From NCBI RefSeq assembly GCF_009914755.1, contig NC_060930.1: DNA of 64,000 bases; one strand, 5' to 3'. The stretch comes from the human T2T-CHM13v2.0 reference genome, Homo sapiens. The notes beneath the pieces are model-generated. The model was given only the letters and a program-made list of their open reading frames with translations, was not told the DNA's origin and did no database searches. Each line of letters opens with the position of its first letter. Position 1 is the first letter of the stretch. Position numbers and translations under genes: made by a program. This document shows positions 57,240 through 64,000 of this stretch, in pieces.

Positions 57240-57870
57240 GACGGTGTTAGCCCTGGAAGCGAGGCAGCCAGTTAAGCGGCGTAAGCTAAGAGACGCGGGG
57301 TTCCGGTGCGGTGCCCTCCGGCCCGGGGTTACCTACTCCACATGCGGGTGTTTTTCCCAAGTGCGGCTTCTGGGGGGCGGCGCGGGCGCGGGCGGGGATT
57401 CCCGGACTCCAGCCCCACCACGTCCCGGAGCGTCCGGCCCTGTTCCTTAATTACCCTGCAGCATGCGCAGCGCGGTCGGCCACAGCGCCGCCGCCGTCCC
57501 CGCAGTCCTCGCTGCAGCCACCGCCGCCGCCGCCGGAACGTCCCAGTCGCGGCGCGAGGAAGACGCGGCCCCAGCCTCTGCCGCCTCCGCTGTCAGAGTC
57601 CCGAGGCCACCGCCGAGAGCGCGCCGGCGCCGCAGCCACAGCGGCCGAGAACCAGGAGGCGGCGCCGGGCGGCCCAGCTAGGGCGCTGCAGGGTCGCGAG
57701 GAAGTTTGTTGGCCCGGAACCAAGCACGCCGTCGGGCACGCTAGCTCCCCGAGAGCAGGCGGGCGCGTAAGCGAACCCCCTTAGAGGTTACGGAGGGAGC
57801 GGGAAGCCGGCAAGAGGGTGGGCAGAGGAGCTGGGGGACAGGCGGGTGCCACAGGAGCCCCCGAGGAGCT
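57240..57870. promoter_or_regulatory. CpG-island promoter
   Basis: Dense CpG, (GCC)n runs, Sp1 GC box gggcgggg, NRF1-like gcatgcgca (57461-57469), ETS-like ggaagt (~57700), against a CpG-depleted background. Confidence 0.93.
57455..57710 (-). other. Probable first exon (largely 5' UTR) of an unidentified minus-strand gene
   Basis: GGC-rich leader on the minus strand ending ...ATGCTGCAGG|gtaatt; TSS approximate. Confidence 0.6.
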
Positions 57871-60329
57871 TCATTTGATGAGAAGGTGAAGAGGCAGAGG
57901 GGACCAGCGTGCCTTGTCAGCCTCAGGGGACAGTGGGCTGGAGAGCAAAAAGAGGAGGGCCCAGAATGCTGATAATAAGTAGTTTTAATAGAACAATCCG
58001 TGAATAGAGGCAAGAGAGTGATCATCGGCCACAGCTTGAGATTGGGAGATGGAAGAGTAAAGGAAATAAATTGCGCCACCTCCCTCAATCCCCAATTCCA
58101 AGACGACTCAGTCCCATCTTCTGCTTGGATAAGTCTGAGGAGGATTAAGATGTGAGGATAATCACTCTGCTGTAGGGGAATTTACATCTGCCTGTTAATG
58201 GAGGAGATGAAACAAACGCACACCAGTATCTATTTTCAACCACCACCCCTCCCCAAAAAGGAGAGAACACCAATGCCTCCCCCTCTGCCCGAATCAAACA
58301 CTGCTATAATTCTTTAGGAGACTAAAGGGAAAAAAAAAAAAGAAAGAAAAGAGCCCCTGCTCGTATGTGGGGTCTTGGCATCTCCTTGTTTTTGAGTGGT
58401 GGGAAACTTGCAGGACCCTCTCTAAGTAGAGAGATCTTTGATATGGGCCTGCAAAGCTGAGATATTTAGGTATTCCAGTGGTGAAAAACATGCATAAATG
58501 CCCCTTCCTGAGGAGGGCTGACAGGGTTTTTGTGTAGGAATATCTCTTCAGGATGAAAAAGAGGAGGGTGACCCCCAGAGGCAGAAAATTTATGCTCTCT
58601 CTAGGGGATAGAAAGTGGAGAAAGTAACTGTCAGGTGCTTCCGTTAGGTTTTGTCCTACCTGAGCTCTCTAAGTGCTAAGGGACCTAAATGGGGTTTCCT
58701 GGGAAAGGAGGGAGACAGTATGGCAAAAGAGCAGGAAAGTGAACCTGAAACTGAAATGGACAGGACTAAGAAAGAGCAAAAAGGTGAAAGAAACCCAAAT
58801 GTGATTATTACCACAATTGGGACATCATCTCTATATCTGAATCATTCTCATCCTAGAAAACCATCCAAAACAGATGGGAACTGTTGGTATTTTCCAAAAA
58901 TGGAAAATTTCCATCTACTTTCTGGTCCTCCAGTTTAATCTCTCCTGCTGCAATTTTAGTTTATTTTCTCCAGCAGGCAGAAATGCCAATGTGGGTACAC
59001 AGAGTCAATGGTTCTAGAGGCGGAAGAAGATATGAAGTTAGAAACCATGGTAGTGTGACTAAGAGGCATCACAAATGAAAATTCAATTGAAGTATGAAAA
59101 ATAAACTGAAATGCAAGGAAGTAGGGCTATAGATATGCTAATATATAACCCTGAAAAGATGCTGGAAAAAAAAAAACCCAGAATGAATAGGACCAGAATT
59201 GAGTCATCTGAGGCAGGCCACATTGAGGATGTACATCTTAAACAGGCAGAGAATAACTAGCTTAGCAGAAGAGATCCAGCAGGGAGGGCATTCCAGCCAG
59301 AAGAAATTGCATGTGTGAAGGCTTAGAGGTAGGAGCAAACAGTCATGTGCCTGGTAAGACAGAAAATCCAAGCGGGGTGAAATCTGAGATGAGTAGAGCA
59401 GATAGCACCTGCCAAGGAGAGATTGGAAAGGACTGGCTAAGAAGCAATAGGCTTTTTAGGGTGTTATTTTGTAAGCCAATAATAAAATAATCAGGTGAGC
59501 AAGTTGCATATTAAATTCGATAGAAATATGATGTATGCAGAGTGGACTATTAGGCCTCTCTTATCTATGCATACGTTATGAAGCACAAAGGATTTCTGAC
59601 CTCCTCTTTTTAAGAGAAATCAAAAGTAATTGTGAAATTTTAAGATTATTAGATCAGAAAACCAGTAGAGCCCTTCAAATTGAAAAAAAATGGGAAAAAG
59701 GATGAATTTGAAAATACGGCCATATATTATATATTAATTTGAGATGATATTGGATCATTGATATAGATATATCTGTGGAACACAACAGAGCAAGAGAATT
59801 GTAATCAGAAAAAAATGTAGGTCAGTTGTGATGGTTGAAATTGAGAATGGTACCGGAAAAGTTGATGGAAACAAATCATAGTTCAGAGAAGTGAGTCGGT
59901 AAAACAGACAAGTTGATGAGAATGGAGAGAATAGGTTAAGTGTGCTCAAAGGGAATCCCAGGTTTGAGACCCTCTGGAATGTAGACACTAGTTTGGAAGT
60001 AACAGAAGTAATAACAAAACTGAGGAAATGTAATAGAGTTGGACATATTTCAAAGTAGTACAAACATTAGGAACTAGGGAGTATGCTTTCTGTGGAGGCA
60101 GAGAGCAACTTCAATAGTACTATTTTTTTGTCCCACTAAGTAACTGAAATTATGTTCACTGAGCTTTCTTTTAGTAATTTTTACTCTATTTCTCCATCAT
60201 TCTTTTCTTTATGCCCATCATTCTACAGATGTTAAGCCCATACCTGTCTATATTACTTAATGGTTCCCAACCTTTGATTTGTTTATTTTTAGTCCAAGTG
60301 TATTGCCTTAGACTGTATCATTCTACAGA

Positions 60330-61160
60330 TTGATCCCATGAATACCTACTAAATGTCAAGTTTAAAGAAGACACAGATAAATAAAATACAATCTGTTTTC
60401 TCCAAGATGTTCAATATAGGGAAGAGAAAGAATGCAAAGGAGTTATAGCAGTGCAGTATAAAGTGTGCAGAAGCATAAGTGGGTATTGAGCTCTGTTGAA
60501 TCACAGGACAGTGAGTAGTGAACTCTCCCTGGTATGATTCTCACAGACTTCACAGAGGACATGGCATTTGAGCTACACGTTGAAGGCAGACTAAGTGTTT
60601 TCCAGATCGGAGAGGATTGGAAGGACTTTCCAGTAGCCAAAAAAGCACATGCAGAAACCTGTGAATTGTTAATAATTTGATGGCGGAGAGTGTTTGGAAG
60701 GAGGTAGCAGGACAGGTGGTTGGACAGATGAGTTGAGGCCCCACTGTAAAAGAGCCTTGAGTGCCTCACTTTGGAGTGGGCAATGAAGAGCCACCAGAAA
60801 ACTTTGAGCAGGGCAGTTAAGTGACTAGGTCTTTGTTTTAGAAATAGAATTCTTGAGAAGTAGGGAGGTGGAAATAAAGGGAACAAGATGGAGAAAAGGA
60901 ATCCAGTTAGGAGTCTATTGCAATTTTCCAGATTAGGAATGGTAAAAACGTGAACTAAGGCAGTTTCAGCGAGGATGAGAAAGTTGGTATGGATTCAAAA
61001 GACGTTTACAAATAGATTTGATAGACTTTGACAGAGATTTGATATGGGGTGAGGGTGAATAAATTGAAGATGATTTTGAAATTTTTAACTTGAGTTCCTA
61101 AATTAATGATGATGCCTGTAATTAAAATGTGTAGGTCATGAGGTTTCTGTAGAATATAAT
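60330..61160 (-). mobile_element. L2 (L2a-like) segment; further L2 fragments at ~59150-60110
   Basis: caatgaagagccaccagaaaactttgagcaggg; ccagttaggagtctattgcaat; gtgaactaaggcag. Confidence 0.8.
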
Positions 61161-61937
61161 GAGGGCAGAAACTTTGCCTAAATTGCAAAAGACATCTGCA
61201 AACTTACTTCAATTTAATTACTCCAGCCACTGATAAAACTAAGGAATAATGCTAGACCTAGTCGTAAACTCTTAGGGATATTTTGCCTGATTATTGGCTT
61301 GAATTTTTTACTCTATAGGCTTGGCTCTTCAGCTGGTTTTCTCTAATAGTTTACAGACTCTACTATAGCTTCACTAAAGACAGATTCTAAAGATTGGTGA
61401 AAGAACAGATGTGTAACACCTGTTGTTTTTGCTTATTTACACAATGTGTCACTTCATAACAGTATGACCAGATTTTCCTGGTGGAGTTACGTATGTATAG
61501 GCATACTGGATGGTGGTCAAGAAGTTTTGATTTAAAAATCAACCTACACAGTCACACATTATTTCCCTTTATAATAAATGCTCTGAAAACATGAGTTCTT
61601 TGAGTCATTTAACAAATTAAATCTACTTTTTTGAGAGTTGAGATGCCGTGTACATTAAATGTAACAACGTATGTAAAGCAAATAAGTGTTCTCTTTCTAT
61701 TTCCTCCTCTTTCTCTCTTTTTTCATGGTTCCTTTCCATATTATTTTCTATTTTGGTGTTGGCTTTAACACTCTGACCTTTTACCTAACACCAAGTTTCA
61801 AAGATGTACAATGAACACTTTAAATTGTTAGATGGCTTAACAGTAAAAATGTTAATGTTTCACAGGCAGATTTGATTTGGCTCACTCAAAAACTGGTGCT
61901 GAGAGGCTCCTGACCATCTTATTTAGCAAGTCCACCA

Positions 61938-62241
61938 TTTTTTTTTTTTTTTTTTTTGAAACGGAGTCTTGCTCTGTCGCCCAGGCTGGAGTGCAGTGCT
62001 GTGATCTTTCGGCTCACTGCAACCTCCGCCTCCCAGGTTCAAGTGATTCTCCTGCCTCAGCCTCCTGAGTAGCTGGGACTACAGGTGCCTGTCACCACAC
62101 CTGGCTAATTTTTGTATTTTTGGTAGAGACGGGGTTTCACCATGTTGGCCAGACTTGTCTCGAACTCCTGACATCAGGCAATCTGCCTGCCTTGGCCTCC
62201 CAAAGTGCTGGGATTACAGGCGTGAGCCACCATGCCTGGCT
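61938..62241 (-). mobile_element. AluS SINE, followed by a (TTTG)n tract at 62254-62293
   Basis: Full-length reverse Alu with T tail; no clear TSD. Confidence 0.95.
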
Positions 62242-62424
62242 GTACATGTTATTCTTTGTTTTTTGTTTGTTTTTTTGTTTGTTTTTTGTTTTTCATTTTA
62301 ACTCTTTAGTGTCTCTCAAAGAAAACATGATGTTTGTTTACTTTTGAGCTCTGTGACCAGAGTGGTACAATGGACTTTCCCTATTTGGCTCACTGATTTA
62401 TCCCCAGTGATTGTTACATAGTGG

Positions 62425-62524
62425 AACCTCATCCTATCAATAGGTATCAATAGGCTATCTAGAGGCCAGGTATTAATAGGATATCAATAGATATCAATAG
62501 AATATCTATTGATAGGATGAGGTT
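62425..62524. repeat. 19-bp perfect inverted repeat enclosing a TATCAATAG tandem array
   Basis: aacctcatcctatcaatag (62425-62443) and ctattgataggatgaggtt (62506-62524). Confidence 0.95.
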
Positions 62525-63814
62525 TCTTAATGCCTATGATTAATGGTAATGAGTAATGATTAAGGTTTCTTAATGTCCCTCTCTATTCATTTTGTGTTTT
62601 CTATATACAAATAAAGATTAATAAGAACTTAAAAAAATCTATATCCTTATTCAAATATCTTTGGTTTCGATAGGTGCCTTAATGATTTCAAGAGCTAGAT
62701 TAAGAAAGTTGAAGGGACAATGGCGTTTTAAAATTCACTTACCCAGCTGGTACCCAAAATTATTCCATATGGCAAATGATGGTGAGAATAATGGAATGGG
62801 GTAAAGGTTAGGGCTAGGCCTTCAGCCACTTATTATCTTTTTGTTGCCATAAGAAATATATTACAGGGACGGCTGTCTGAATGATTTTAAGACTTTATAG
62901 GCTCCATCAATGTTGTCTACTCAAGACTGCCAGTGCTGGGCACACTCACCATTGTGATTTTGGTGCTTTGTAGCACTGGGGAACTCTGGGGTCTGGCCAG
63001 AATCTTGATAGAAATAGCTGAAAATTTAAGAGAATGCATGTAGGAATGTGATATGTCTGTCCCACATCCTGAGAGTAAACATTATGATATAGCAGTAAAA
63101 GCATTTTAGTCAGGCAGACTTGGACTTGAATCCCAGGCTTTGGGATTATTCTATGAGCGTTAGTGTTTTTTATGTGTAATATGCGGATATAATACCTGTC
63201 TTCAGTACCAACATTAGGCCTGCTCTGGACCCTACATTTTAGAACACCCCACTATAGTCTTGCTCTGGATGTGCACCCGCTCTCAGAGTTAGGAGTTTAC
63301 AGAGCTAAGGGGACCTGCCCACCTAAAACCTGAGCTTCTAGACCAGTCTCTGAATAATCAAGATCCTGAAATTCCCTGAAAAAAAAAAACGATCCTTAAT
63401 CCCCCGCAGCATCTAACAGACCCTGTCGTTGGGTCCATCTTCCCAGGGAAAGACCACAGGTGTAAACACTCCTAGGCCCAAGGAATGGTCAAGAGTTAGC
63501 TGTTTGCAGGCATTATGGACACAACTTTGACTTACTGGCATATTTACATATGCGTGTGTGAGGCTTTTCAAGCTGCAGATGGACCCAAGAAAGAAAAAAA
63601 ATGAGGGATGAACTTTGGTTTAGGCCAGAGGCCAACTCATCCCATATCACCTGCTCTGTTACATTCTAACTTGACATGGACTTTCAAGACTTTATGAAGG
63701 TATTTGCTGAAGAAAAATGAGAAAGCATATTATTTTTTGTGAGTGTTATTAGCTTTATTTTAACTTTCAAATATTTAAACATATGGTATGCAGACCTCTT
63801 GCCCTGTACCCACC

Positions 63815-63922
63815 CTCATAATAATTAACCCAATGCCTTAAAGACCCCACCTCTTAATACTGTGACATTGGAGATTAAGTTTCTAACACAGGAAATTTGG
63901 GCAACACATTCAAATCATAGCA
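63815..63922 (-). mobile_element. MaLR LTR fragment (MST/MLT1A-like)
   Basis: cccacctcttaatactg...attaagtttctaacac...cacattcaaatcatagca. Confidence 0.8.
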
Positions 63923-64000
63923 CCAATATTCTCCATAGCCTTCTTAATATGTACTGTGAGCCATCTTTGGACAAGTTTGAGAAAAAAATTTGAGGGCCTT

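Noticed and set aside
57238-58088. Several long ORFs (up to 157 aa) over the CpG island
   Set aside because: Low-complexity Pro/Arg/Ala/Gly translations in multiple frames on both strands are expected from stop-poor GC-rich DNA; no recognisable protein
60217-60330. 14-bp direct repeat atcattctacagat exactly 100 bp apart
   Set aside because: Only two copies and the spacer is not a recognisable element; probably an old local duplication, and not CRISPR-like

Overview
AT-rich primate (human-like) nuclear genomic DNA, shown by AluJ/S/Y, L1PA, THE1 and LTR8 elements. Much of the window is interspersed repeat (Alu, MIR, L1, L2, ERV1/ERVL/MaLR solo LTRs, Tigger/MARNA/hAT DNA transposons), often nested. 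Subfamily names are from remembered consensus motifs and need RepeatMasker/Dfam confirmation. The one clear functional landmark is a CpG-island promoter at ~57.24-57.87 kb. It looks like the first exon of a minus-strand gene, which would make most of 1-57 kb its long 5' intron(s). A small GC-rich patch at ~56.6-56.8 kb ends in a strong plus-strand donor and may be the first exon of a convergent antisense RNA. I could not identify the gene, and no protein-coding exon is established; the supplied ORFs are repeat remnants, GC-island read-through or chance ORFs. I see no convincing evidence of a new biological system. The best leads are splicing and structural oddities: a candidate 30-nt exon whose 5' splice site is triplicated at an exact 14-nt period, candidate alternative first exons, recursive-splice-like AG|GTAAG sites, and several template-switch-like micro-rearrangements, including a 19-bp perfect inverted repeat enclosing a TATCAATAG array.
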